DNA of 45,035 nt, from NCBI GenBank assembly GCA_033442325.1, contig JAWQFM010000020.1, positions 154,878 through 199,912 of the forward strand, given 5' to 3'. The stretch comes from Salpingoeca rosetta. Lineage: Eukaryota > Protista > Choanoflagellata. This document shows positions 15,018 to 28,260 of the stretch, one piece after another. Position numbers and translations under genes: made by a program. Every line of letters starts with the position of its first letter. The first letter of the stretch is position 1. The notes under the pieces were generated by a model. The model made no database searches. It saw only the letters and a program-made list of their open reading frames with translations, and had not been told where the DNA came from.

Positions 15018-15171
15018 CACACGTGCAAACGAGAGTGCAGGTGTTCTCTGTCTCACGCACCTGGTCCATCTTGTGCTTCAATTCTGCAGCTCTTTCGTTG
15101 TGAAACACGTAGCTGGGCACGTTGCGCCCTGTTGGCTGCTGTTGTTGTGGGCCATGCGATGGTACAGACAT
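8159..15171 (-). CDS. MOSPD2-like protein (CRAL-TRIO + MSP + coiled coil + TM) with C-terminal GH16 lichenase-like domain; ~1275 aa, 14 exons, 5' end uncertain
   Basis: All-GT/AG, phase-consistent exons 15171-15061, 14814-14760, 14503-14096, 13914-13763, 13527-13434, 13155-13060, 12921-12859, 12657-12646, 12448-12377, 12147-12026, 11593-11449, 11146-11002, 10795-10074, 9789-8159. CRAL-TRIO motifs: CLRWRKQF, GRDRDGRPV, IVVDMEGCG..NIDVEYFRFLVDIFRDFYPG..WDLVKHWL. MSP motif: YRVRTTSSDRYRVKP, ..KDDKFKF..KFW. TM segment FLVAATIAVAVSYIVAAAFF at ~9646-9587. GH16 at ~8860-8190. Confidence 0.8.
8190..8860 (-). other. GH16 (beta-1,3-1,4-glucanase/lichenase-like) domain with degenerate catalytic motif EISLQ
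   Basis: GEVRTQEFLGYGCY..PGVVASF..HNEISLQFRGADTT..WTNG..VNLGFDATYEFHTYGFLW..FVVDG parallels Bacillus-type lichenase (WDEIDIEFLGKDTT..YTNG..LGFDAS..FHTYAFDW..WYVDG). Motif at 8551-8537. Confidence 0.85.
9933..10062. repeat. AACAACTTA(AAC) minisatellite inside the last intron of the MOSPD2-like gene
   Basis: Directly visible tandem 9/12-bp units. Confidence 0.85.
14664..14750. repeat. (CAAA)n tetranucleotide microsatellite, intronic
   Basis: Directly visible. Confidence 0.9.
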
Positions 15172-15940
15172 GACGGCACGCACGCCGTGTTATGGGCGCG
15201 TATCGATGGTAGGAAAGCAGGTGATGAGCCAATGGAAGATGGTAAGGTGCGTGTGGAATGAGGAAATGGGAGGTGGGCAAGTGTACAAATGAACAATGCT
15301 GACAGAGAAGGTGGAGGTGGGAGTTCTCAAGGGTCCACGCACGCTGACCACAAAGTAGAGAGTAAGGGTTGCTCCCCCCCACACAAAGGGCACATCAGAA
15401 TCACAACCACAACAAACGACACGGTTGCATGTGTGCGTGCTTGCGTGCGGTGTGCTGGTGGTGATTGAGACGTGCGCATTCAAACACCATCTCAGCAAAC
15501 GGAAAGCCTCTCTCGCGTGTGACACGCTTGCTTGCTTGGCGCTGCACATCCCAGCACATCCCAAATGTCACATCCACCCAACCAGCACACACCAGCACAC
15601 TCAGCACATGAACACACATCACCCATCCCTCATCATCATCATCATCATCGTCATCCACCCCTTGTTTTCATCCATCCATCCACATCATTCATCATGAACA
15701 AGACACAGAAGTGTTTGTGTGCAGCGTTGCAGAAGGAAAAAAAACGGTGGTGGTTGTTGCGCGTGTTGAATGCTTGGGTGGTGCTGTATTCGCCACCATT
15801 CGGTGCACCGACCTGAACGCGATGACGCGACGTCGTTGTTTGACGGCACTGACTGGCGGGAATGAATGAATGAATGAAGGAATCGATGTAGATGATGGAC
15901 CCCTCTCGCGGAACAGGTAAACGCGTGCCGGCTACTCTGC

Positions 15941-15976
<36 letters not shown>

Positions 15977-16079
15977 GAGAGGAGGGGTAAAGAATAGGAT
16001 GTCGCAGTGAGTACACGAGCAGACCTTCCCACAAGATCGGCCTTCAAGCTCACGCATTCTTGGCAAACATGCACGCGTG

Positions 16080-16152
<73 letters not shown>

Positions 16153-16221
16153 ACACGTGCACGCACACGCACACACACACACACACACACGCACACACAC
16201 ACACACACGCACACACACACG

Positions 16222-16252
<31 letters not shown>

Positions 16253-16904
16253 GCACGCCGGTTTCATGAACCTACATACCCTGGTTGATCTAGTGTGACA
16301 AGGAACCTGCACTACTGCACCACAGCGTGATGTGGCAAAGCGTGTTCGTGGAACAGGCAGTAGGAAACGAGCGAGCGAGCAGCGTGTATGCGTCTGGCTG
16401 GGTACTGGTTATCTGTGGCGATCTGAGTGTCAGCCCTGCGCAAGAACACCACCACTTGCCTGGTGTCTCTGCTCTGCCCGTTCTTCTTGTCTTGGCGACA
16501 GCGGATTTGATGGATGACTTCCGTGACCATTCGCCAAAGAATAGCCACAATTTTCGCCATCATTTTGCACGCAGACCAACAACATGGCTGGTACGGCGTG
16601 GCACCACCACCCTGACGCTCACAAGACGAGCTGAGCCATCAGTCATGAAGATTGGAACACGCCTTTGAGCAATACCGAGGGGGGAGAGGGACATTTTGAC
16701 AATTACGAGGATCGTGTTGACAGTGTTTACGGTCTTGTTTGTACAGACAGCAAAAGAGCACAGAGAAGCAACACCAGGATGTTCACCGCGCGCAAAGGCG
16801 TGTGTGTGTGTATGTGTGTGTGTGTGTGTGTTTGCTTGGTTGTGCCTGTGGCATTGTGTAGCATGTCAAGTCATGCCATGTGTCATGTAGACCCGCATGC
16901 GCGT

Positions 16905-17430
16905 TTATCGTGGAATATCGGCCTGGGGGAAATCGTACTGCTTCAGCAAGTCATCCAAGTCGCCAAACCCTTCCTGCTTGTCGCCTCCATCCTCCGCACC
17001 CTGCAAGGGAAAGGACGACGTGTACGTGTGTCGGCAGCGCGCATGTGTCAGTAGTGTGCACATGTCAGCAGTCCACCGCAGCGACACACACACACACGCA
17101 CACACACACGCACATACCTCAGCACCAAGCACAGACACACACATACATACACACGCGTACACACCTGTGAGAGGATGGTGGCAATGTTCGCCACGGGCTC
17201 GTGCACCATCTGCAAGTCCATCAGCCTTTGGCGAAGACCTGGCAACACGTGAGATGGGCAACGAGGACACCACAGGTGACTTGAGCGGTCGACACTGCAC
17301 TGCTCCAAACACGAGCGAACGGTGCATTGGTGGAATACATTATGCATGGGATTGCGGGCGCCACTCACGGCTGAAGTTGGGACGGTTGCCTGGTGACCGG
17401 CGCCAGCAGCTGCGCAACAGATGAAAGCGT

Positions 17431-17491
<61 letters not shown>

Positions 17492-18160
17492 AAGCGTGTG
17501 TGGGTGCTTGAGAATGTGTACATGCCAGTGTGCGACAAGGCAATGCAACCGTGGGACAAGGCAACACACACTCTCAAACACGCACACCGTCTCGATCGAG
17601 GCAAGGAAAGGGCACAACCAACACCCTCCCGAGGGCTCCGAGCACCACGTCAACCAACCTCTGCATGACGGCGAAGACTTCGTGTGGGGTGCCCTGGGGT
17701 TGTTCAAGGCGCAGTCCCTCCAACAGCAGCCGCTGCAGCTCATGCAGGCGATACGTGTGGTATGGCATGCGCCCGTACCTGGATGGCGCACATGCACAGA
17801 CGGACACGGTGTATGTGTGTGTGTGTGTGGATGAGAGGAAGACAAGTGTGTTTAGAGAGCGTGCTTATAAATATGTGTGCGATGAGCGGTCGACGAATGG
17901 CAGCACTGCGAGGTAGAGGCGTCAGCACAAGCACAAGCACGCGTGTTCCGCGAACGTACGTGGCAATCTCCCACATGGTAACGCCAAAGGCCCACACGTC
18001 ACTAAATTCTACATCGTGAAGGCACGCAGGGATTTGGGGGCGGGGGAATGACAAGGCAGCATGTTTGGCACGGATGAGCAAACACGTCACTTACACATCA
18101 AGCTGCATTGCAGAAATACAAAGCACACGACAACACAAAAAAAAAACAAGCTTCAAAGGT

Positions 18161-18191
<31 letters not shown>

Positions 18192-18789
18192 ACACACACA
18201 CACGCACACAGACATAGACACACAGACACACAGACAGACACACACTCAGACACACACACACAACAAACAAAAAGCCTGCTGACCAGAGAGGCGCTTGGGC
18301 GGGGGCTGGAGAGCCTCGACAGCAATCCAGCGAATGGAGAGCTTGAGAGTGCGGCGCAGGCGGAAGTACGGCTTGCCGGCGTCGTAGGGTTTGGCCAGGC
18401 CTGATGGGTAGCGGGTGGGTTAGAGCCGGGGGGGGGGAGGAAGCGTGAGGTGTGGGTGCAATTGTAGCCGTGTAAACAGGACATGTACCAGACAGACAGA
18501 CAAGACAGACGTACACACATAAGTGACACACACACACATACACGCACATGCACGCACATGCACGCAAATACACGTGCATACACGCAAACAAACGCACAGC
18601 ACACACACACACACACACGCACCGAAATCGGCGACTTTGATGGTTCCATCAGCACCAATGAGGCAGTTGCGGGCGGCAACATCGAGATGGACATATCGCT
18701 GGTGGGGGACAGATGAGAGACACGTGAAGGGGTGCGGTGTTAGGAATTGTTAATGCAGCAAACATACACACACACAGAACTCACACACA

Positions 18790-18863
<74 letters not shown>

Positions 18864-19068
18864 CACACGTACACACCTTTGATGCGACAAACTCGAGGCC
18901 TGCGGCGATGTTCTCTGCAATGCGCAGCTGTTCGCCAATGGAGAGGGCGAGACGGCGTTCGCGAAGAGCACGCAGCGCACCATGCAGATCGCCGTGGGGG
19001 CAGAACTCAAGCACGACCAGCCAGGGCCGATGCTGTGCACAGATGCCGGCCAGCGCAACCTGACACGT

Positions 19069-19128
<60 letters not shown>

Positions 19129-20925
19129 TGCAGGGACGCATGGCATGGTCGCAAAAGGCAAAGCGAGGTAGAAGAACGATTGAAAACACACGGGCATCTC
19201 CCACCCCAACACACGTGCCCCACAAACTCGTACGATGTTCTGGTGTCGCATGATGTTCATGACGGCTGCCTCGCCCATAAACTCCGCCTTGTCCGCGGTG
19301 GTGGCCGCCCCTCGCAGCATCTTCACTGCCCGCTTCACGCCCTCCTGCCCATCACCACCGTCAGTCGCTTCCAATGCAAGGAACACCTCCCCAAACTGCC
19401 CGGCACCGAGCGGGCGTATGGCGTTGAGGCTGCGGCGCGGCACCTGGCACTCCGCCAACGCGCCCTGAAGCAGGTGTTCGCGTGTGCGCGCGCGCGTATG
19501 TGTATGTGTGTAGGTGTGTGTGTGTGTACGTGTGTAGGTGTACGTGTGTGTGTACGTGTGTAGGTGTGTGTGTGTATTCTCAAGGTGAGAGAAGGGCAAG
19601 GGCAAGGCCTAAATGCCGGCGCCAGCGCAGGCTCAGCCGGCGCACAGCCCACATGCATCAGCCCACACCACAGCAGTTACACAGACCTTGACGGGCTCTG
19701 TGAGAGATGACATGGGCATGAAGGGGTTTCCTTCTCGCGCCTTCACGTCCTCCTTGGCAACCTGCCCACGTGCGTGCGTGGTTCATGTTGGGGTGAGGTG
19801 GAACGGGTCAACAGCGAAGGGTAGGCGTGGTAGTGGGAGCGACGCATCAACAGCACTGACGTGTGAACACGTGCGTGTGTGCCAACGTGCGTATGTGCTC
19901 TGGTTCGCTTACACACTCTCACATTCAAGCACAGGATGCATACCTTGAATGCCTCCTTCACAGTGTTGCAGATTTGTTGCGCCTGAAAAAGAGGAAGAGA
20001 GGGCATAACCAGGATGTGGAGCACAATGTTGTCAATGGCGAGCACACACGATGAGGTTGCTATGAGGGTGAGACGAAAGAAGACACAAAAAACATCAACA
20101 ACACAATCAACCACTTGTGTCCCATCTGCACATTCACACCAACACAGCTGCAATCGTCACCTCATCGTCCAGACACTGGAAGAGCTGACAAGTCTTCTTG
20201 TTCAGCCGCCCGTCCTATGTCGATGGTGAAGACAGCCATGTCCATGGGGGTTAGGAGCCCAAGTGGAGGCTGAAGGTGTGTGACATCGCCAACGGCGGCA
20301 AGTAGTCGATGCAGTGGGCCGACGACAAATACGCCGGCAGTGGCGGCTAAGGAAGGATTCACGTGCCTGCAGGCAACAAACAGCCGTGACCACACGATAC
20401 CTTGAAGATGATGGCAAAGTACCGGTCCTTCTTCACCATCACCTTGGTCACATAGCTGATTTTCTGTCAGCATGCAGGCACGGGGGGAGGAGAAGAAGGA
20501 CATGGTGTGTGTGCAGCAGCGATATGAGGGCTGGACGGCATGGATACAACACGCAGCGGTGCCTCTGGCATGTTGTGGCTGATTGCATACCACTGTAGCA
20601 CATGTGTGTATGTACACGTGTGTGTATGCATGTGTGTGCTTGCGTGCGTGCGCGTGCATGTGCGTACAGTGATGTAGATGGAAGTGATGACTTCGCGGCT
20701 GAGTGCATCCACAATCCTGGGCAGCGGTTTGCACGAGGAAGACGCGTCAGAATGACGAGTGATCGCATGACCTACACCGTAGATGCGACGCAATGCCGGC
20801 AGTCACAACAACAAAGAGAGTGTGGTACCACAAATCGAAGGTGGTGTCGCACACACACATACACAAACAAACAGACACACACACACACACACACACACAA
20901 ACAGACACACACAAACAGACACACA

Positions 20926-21009
<84 letters not shown>

Positions 21010-21995
21010 AACGCAGGGGGGTTGTTACCTGATACCCTCTGAAGAGATGACCATGACCACGCGATCAGCATTGGCAGGCAGCTTCTTTTTCTTCTCTTTC
21101 TTCTTCTTCTCCTTCATGGCCGCTCGCAAGTCCTCCACCACCTGCCCAACAAACTCCTCATTCTTTGTGTGCGCGGCGACAGCGCAGCAGACCATGCCCA
21201 AAGTGGTGCGAGAAGAATGAGGCAGCGACAACAAGAGTTGATCGACGCCAAAGTCGCCAACCACTGCCACCATCTCGACATCATCGACTCACATCATGCG
21301 CATACATCCCTCCTCCATGGCATCAAACACCGCCGCTCCCCGACTTACCGAGGTGTGCTCGTTGCGCGGCTTGGTGGCAGACCCCACATAGTCTGTCTCG
21401 AAGATGCCGAGTGTCGCGCCTGTCGCCTTCTCGTGCCTGTCCGCCTCCGACACCTCGTCAACGGGTTTCGCCTGCACCAGCCGCTGCACAGCGCCGGCAA
21501 TCTCCTGGCACACCTGTGCGTATGTGTGTATGTGTGCGTGTGTGTATCGGGAGGTTGAGTCGGTTGATTGCACGTTCTCCGAAACACATATACATTCACA
21601 CACACACACACATACATACATATATATGTATATATACATTCACACACACACTCACTCACACTCACTCACACACACTCGCACACACACTCACACATCACTC
21701 ACACACTCACACACACACTCTCTCACGCACACGCACGCACGCACAGAACCTTGTCCTTGGTGGAGAAGACGTGGCAGTAGATGAGGCCGAGCTTGGAGTA
21801 GTGCGAGAGGACGGCAACCCGCTTCTTGTCGCTCGCATCAACAGCACTGTACACCACTTGCTCCATGGGCTCGTTCTCAATCACTTCCTGCGTCGCCGTG
21901 TTGATGACCTATGGAGAGTGTCACAGAGGTACGGAGGGCCGTGACGCGTCAGCCGCAAAGCAAACGCAGCAAACGCCACGCGATTAGCTTTCCTC

Positions 21996-22075
<80 letters not shown>

Positions 22076-22350
22076 GATGCCACTGGCAGAGATGGTGATC
22101 ATGGCTTCGACGGGCTTGAGCTTGAGGGCCTTGAGACGCGGCCCTGCCGTGGAGATGACCTCTTTTCCAAAGAGATCCCACATGGTTGCGGTCAGCTTTG
22201 CAGCTGCAACAGGAACGCTGCCCAGGTACTTGACAATGTGTGCATGCTCGCTCATCTTTCAAAGACGGAGGTGAGGTTGAGGAGTAGGGTGAGGTTGGGG
22301 AGTAGGGTGAGGTTGGGGAGTAGACGTGACACACACACGAAGACACAGAC

Positions 22351-22441
<91 letters not shown>

Positions 22442-22959
22442 CACACACACACCAACCACACCTCTTGAATCTGAAGACGAGCCTCCTCTGCCGTCATTTC
22501 TCCTGCTTGGAACATGTCAAGGAAGGACGCCTGTGGCACGGGATCGTATGTGGGGTGTATCGCAAGCGTGCATTGACGAGGGCACAGTCAGTCAGTCAGA
22601 CGGAGGACAACAAAGGACAGGTTTGCCGTGCTTGAAGCGTGTGCATGAGCGAGAAGAAGGGATGAGGCTCGAGGGGGAGGGGGGAAGGAGGCAGACACCA
22701 GTCCAGCTGACCCCAGGTGCCCAAACAAAACACCTTTGTGGACGTGCGTGCGTTTGAACAACGCCCAGAGACCAACACACCCACGACACCCCTCGCACGA
22801 TTGCTAACTCTGCCTCCTCCCTGCGCGCACCTGCTGGGCCACGTCGAGCTTGCTGAAGGCATCGTTGAAGTCGTGGAACTCTGGCGGCGCTTGAGGCGTC
22901 TCCTCCCCCTTGCTGCCCCTGGACCCTTTGCGGGCGCTCTTGCTGTTGCGCCGGCTCAT
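16905..22959 (-). CDS. Cytoplasmic tyrosine kinase with two N-terminal PTB domains; HMTK-like (choanoflagellate non-RD TK family)
   Basis: Multi-exon; starts MSRRNSKS at 22959. PTB1: VKYLGSVPV..ITISASGIR|VIN..YCHVF. PTB2: FETDYVGS..VMVISSEGIR..AQQICNTVKEAF. Kinase: LGAGQFGEV, AVKML, EFMGEAAVM, LEFCPHGDL, YVHLDVAARNCL (18698-18660), KVADFG, IRWIAVE, SDVWAFGVTMWEI, CW..RPNF. Ends QYDFPQADIPR* at 16905. Some internal PTB2 exon boundaries are not resolved. Confidence 0.87.
22350..22441. repeat. (GACA)n tetranucleotide microsatellite, intronic
   Basis: Directly visible. Confidence 0.9.
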
Positions 22960-23013
22960 CGCTGTTGTTTGTTTGTTTGTTGTTGTTGTGGGTGTGGCAG
23001 TGATTTTGATGCG

Positions 23014-23055
<42 letters not shown>

Positions 23056-23098
23056 TGCTGGCATGTTGCTTTTCTCCCGTCATCCATGCCTCAAGGCT

Positions 23099-23168
<70 letters not shown>

Positions 23169-23589
23169 CTGTGTGCCCTTGCGCTTGATCGTGCGAATGC
23201 GTGGTGCGGGTATCATTGGTCAACAGGACAACAATTGCACTGACAGATAAACAGACAGTGGTGACAGACAGACAGACAGACGAAAACACAGACGGCTGCT
23301 TGGACTTCTCATATCTTGGGCATGGACCCACATGCGCACGCACGTACGCAGGGCGCCCACGTCAGCAACAGGTGAGGAAAGCAGAAGAGAAAGCACAAAC
23401 AACAGTAAGGCGACGAAGGTAAGGGCACGAAGGGAAAAGCGAAAGCGGTAGGGACAGACGGTGCAGCAGTAGCCGCAGCAGCGGGAGGAGGAGGAGGAGG
23501 AGAAGAAGGAGGAGGAGGAGGAGAAGGAGAAGGGAGGGAGGCCTGGACCTTTAAGAGCAACGACGAGCGGGCCGACGATTCAGGGCGCC

Positions 23590-26500
23590 TTACTGCTGGC
23601 TGTACATCTTGTCAATCTGTGGTGGTGGTAATGTGTGTTATGTGTGTGTGTGTATACGTGTGTGACGTGTATGCGTGAAGGAAAAAAAAGCATCGTCTTT
23701 GCAACATGGCCAATCCAGACGCACGCCTGCAAAGGCGAGCACACGTGCGTAGGCGAGCACATCAGCGGCGTACCTCTGCCTTGTAGCGGGCCTTGAGCTG
23801 TGGGCGGCGGAGCTTGAAGGAAGGCGTCATGCACCCGTTCTCGATGGTGAAGCCCTGGTTCAGCTCGTTCACGTCAGACTGCACAAGACGAACGCCAGGG
23901 TGAAGACAAGCGGTGGGTTATGTGAGCAACAGCACGATGATGATGATGATGATGATGACAATGGGTTTGACCTCACACATCAACCATTATGAGCACGTCG
24001 CCAACATGCCATACACACACACATGCACGCGCGCGCGCACACACACACACACATGCACGCACCTCGACGAAGATGGCCTTGGGGACCTTGAACCCGGCGA
24101 GCTTTGCGTTTGCGCCCTCCTTCTTGATCTCCGCAAGAAGTAGATCGCGCACCTGCACCGCCGAACACGAGCAGTGCACACGCGGTGATCAGGCAACAGG
24201 ACGCGGGAAACAATGCACTTGAGCAGCTTACACACATGCACACGCACACGCACACGCACACACACACACACGCACACACAGGCACAGACCCACAGACCCA
24301 CAAGAACGTACCTTTGGGTCCTTGGCAGCGACGTTAAAGTCGCCCTCAATGCCCTGCTCGCTCATCCAGGGACCGACCGTCTCCACGTCCGGCACAACAA
24401 TGGCCACGAGCGTGGACTGCGTGCTGTCGCCGTACACGAAGATCTGGTTGATGTACTTGCTGCGGTGGAACACCATCTCAAGCTCTGCACACACACACAC
24501 ACACACACACATACAAACAGAGTGTCAGGGTGAGGGTTGGTCGCTCAGGAATGAAGCAACAAGGGATGAAGAGAACCTATTGCGACACCATGACTCAAGG
24601 GCTGGAACAACCGAGCCGGCTGCGTGTGCATGCTGTTGTCACCTTCGGCCGCGACGTATTCGCCCTGTGCGAGCTTAAAGATGTTCTTCTTGCGGTCGAT
24701 AATCTGCAGCGAGCCGTCCTCAAGCACCTGCAAACATGGCCAGGAGTTGGGGGTTGGGGAGTTGGGGATGAGATGGACCGTATGAAAGCGATGACACCGC
24801 GATGGAGGCAAACAGCTGCTGCACACAGACAGATAGACAGGCGCACGCGCGCACACACACACACATACACACAGACAAATGATGGTGCCGGCACCTGGCC
24901 AATGTCGCCGGTGTGGAGCCAGCCGTCGACGAGCGTCTCGGCTGTCTTGTCGGGGAGGTTGTGGTAGCCGTGGAACACATTGTGCCCGCGGATGCAGATC
25001 TCACCGCGGGGGAACGGCTTGTCTGCAGGATGGTGGCACAACACACACGGCATGACAAGGTGGCATGCGCGTGCACGGGGGGGGGGCGGGACATAAAGCG
25101 CCTCGGCGTTAGTCACGATGAACAAGAACAAGAACAAGAACAATAACAAAAGCCAAAACAAAAACAACAACATCGTCATGGGCGACGCACCACTGGAGGT
25201 GTACTCGAGCTCCGGCACGTCCTCAAGCTTAATCTCGCAGCAGGGGACGGGCTCGCCAATGGTGCCTGCGCGCGTGTACCCGCCAGGGGTGATGACGGCG
25301 GCGGCAGCGTTCTCCGTCATGCCGTAACCCTGATGCACCTCGCAGCAGAAGACAACCTTGAGGAAGTCCATGATGTGCGCGGGCAGCGGCGCAGCCCCAG
25401 AGGCCATCAGGCGCACACGGCCTACAGATCATTGTGTGTGTGTGTGTGTATGTGTGTGTGTATGTGTGTGTGTGCGTACGCGCGCGCGTGTGTGCTGTGC
25501 ACATGAGTGCTGACGGGGGAAGAAGCGCGCGCCATGCACGCCCTAAATCATCCACCCACAAGTGTGTTTTCAGCGATCCACCTCAGCTTCCACGACAACA
25601 ACTTGCAGCAACAACTTGCAACAACAACAACAACAACAACCACACCGTGCACCCGTTCACTGTGCGCAGCTGCCGCGCACCTCCAAGATGGGCCTTTGTC
25701 TTGTTGAAGACGAGGTTGTCCCAGAAGGCGTTGCGTGTGCCCTTGCGCACGTTGTCCAGCTGGTTCTCAAAGGCCGTGTTGAACATGGTCTTCTTCACCC
25801 AGCTCGACGCCTCAATCGTTTGCATCACCTGCGCAGCACCAACCACACCACCCGGCCGCACATGAGCACGCAGCCGGTAAAACGGTAAAACGGCAAAGCA
25901 CAAACACACACAAACACACACACGCATACACACAAAATGCGCTCATCCTTGACACAGCCAGTGCACACACACACACACCCAGTGCACACACACACACACA
26001 CACATTCAGCACTACGCCACAACACCTTGTCGTAGAAGCGGGAGTAGACGCGTGGCACGCCGGCAAAGACGGTTGGGCGAAGGGCCTGGATGTCGTCCAT
26101 GATGAGGCGGATGTTGCCCTGGTAGAAGCCGACAGCGGCGCCCGAGCACAGCCCAAGGATCTGCATCACCGTCTCGAAGATGTGCGCAAGCGGCAGGTAG
26201 CTGAATTGGAGGGGCGCACGCAATGGGAGCGAGGAGCGAGTGGGCACGCGTGTGAGTGCACGAGGGATGGGTGTGAATGTCAGCACAATTAAAGGGCGGT
26301 CAGATGTGTTGTGAGGGTGGCGCAGACACACAGTGACACATGGATGGCACAAAGAGTCAAGACAGGTAAACAAAGGGGCAAGACAGCGAGTGGGACCTGA
26401 GGTAGACGTCCGTCTGGAGAATCTCAATACCCATGCCGATAAGGCCGGCAACAGAGGCAGTCACGTTGCCGTGGGACAGGCGCACGCCCTTGGGGTTGCC

Positions 26501-26640
26501 CGTCGTGCCAGAGGTGTACATGATGTCTGATGCGGCGGAGACCAGCCGGGGAGTGTGTGATGTGTGAAGTGGGGAGCGTGACCGAGGGGAAGGGGAAACG
26601 AAGTGTGAGTTGAAGGTACGGCGTAGGAGTGGATGGCACA

Positions 26641-26696
<56 letters not shown>

Positions 26697-27076
26697 GTGA
26701 CAGAAACAGGAAAGGCAGCCAATCTTGGCAGCCAGCACATTGCAGGGACCAAAAGATGATCCTCAAAACAAGGCATACGCGAGATGGATCAGCAACACTA
26801 CACCACAACACCACCATCAAAATCAACAGCAGCATTGGCGGGCGTACATGCGAGGCCGTCCTTGGCGCAGGGCGTGGCGGCGGCGTCCGCATCGCCAGAG
26901 TCCATAAACTCATCGAGCGACATCAGTGTCAGGCCCTCGGGCGCCTGGTCGTGGTGGTTCGCGTGGGCGGTTCACGTGGGCGGTCCATGGTGGTGGTGCG
27001 TGAGTGAGTTGCACGTGTGCAGGGTTGTGCACAAGCAGTGATGTTACCGGAACATTATGCACGGGAACACGGCAAG

Positions 27077-27146
<70 letters not shown>

Positions 27147-28039
27147 CGACAAGACAAGACCCCGTGCACACCTTTGCCTTGTCGTCATCGGAGACAGGCT
27201 CAAACTGGACAATGGTGGTGATGCCGCAGTCCTGGGCAACGTCAAGCACCTGCGCCAGTTTGGCGTGCGCGCAGAACACCGTGGTCACGTCTGCGTCCTT
27301 GAGAATGAACTTGGTGGACTCCGCGCCAAGCGTGTCATACAGCGGCACGCACACGCAGCCCTGGCGCCATGAGCCCAGAAGCGACTTGATCCACGCGGCA
27401 GAGTTGATGCCGAAGATGCCAATTGTCTTGCCCTCGCCGTAGCCGAGCTTGGCAAGGCCGGCGCCAATGCGGTCCACCTGCTTGCTCACGGTGGCGTAGC
27501 TCTCAAACTGGTAGGGGCCGGCCGTGCCGTCAGCCTCAATCGTGCGGTGGCCAAGCATGTCATTGTTGCCGTACTTCTCCACCGCCCTGCAGATGTGTGT
27601 GTTTGTGTGTGTGTGTGTTTGTGTGTGTTTGTGTGTGAAGTGTGAATGTGCGTGCGCATACATGCGCAAGCGTGTGATTTGGTGTTGCGAAAGGACAAAG
27701 GACATGCACGGCCGATTGGTCCATGGTGTCGCACCTGGCGAAGATCTTGAAGCACGTGTCAATCTCGGGCTCATCCTTGAAAGGCACGGAGATGAGCTCC
27801 TTCGGGAAGTGCCGGTTGCGGATGACAGCACTCGAGTTCTGTCATGATTGGATCACGCAACAAACAAGAGGGGGGGGGCGGTGACCGACATCGGCAAGTA
27901 TCTACGAGAACGCATGCACACGACCTTTGTCTCTGCACAGACAGACTGACAGACACACGCGAGGCGCACGCACCTCGGTGGCAGAATCGGGGACTTGAAA
28001 CCCGATGTGCTCAACAAGGGCAGATGGACCAGCTCCCAT
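23590..28039 (-). CDS. Long-chain fatty acid--CoA ligase (ACSL/LACS family, AMP-binding)
   Basis: Multi-exon. Motifs [97 protein letters not shown]. Start MGAGPS at 28039; stop after IDKMYSQQ at 23590. Confidence 0.93.
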
Positions 28040-28152
28040 TGTGTTGGATGGTGTTGAAGGGTCGATCAACGTTGAACGTCACAAGGCGCAAAAAGAGGGT
28101 CTGTGTCGGTGCGTGTGCGCAAATGGTGCAAGAGAAAGTGCGTGGTGCGTGC

Positions 28153-28260
<108 letters not shown>

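Noticed and set aside
22270-22323. 18-bp x3 repeat translating on the minus strand as YSPTSP-YSPTSP-YSSTSP, reminiscent of the RNA Pol II CTD
   Set aside because: It lies in an intron of the tyrosine kinase just before the acceptor and is out of the kinase frame. It is a hexad, not a heptad, and has no independent start or splice support. It is more simply a duplicated branch-point region (ctcac).
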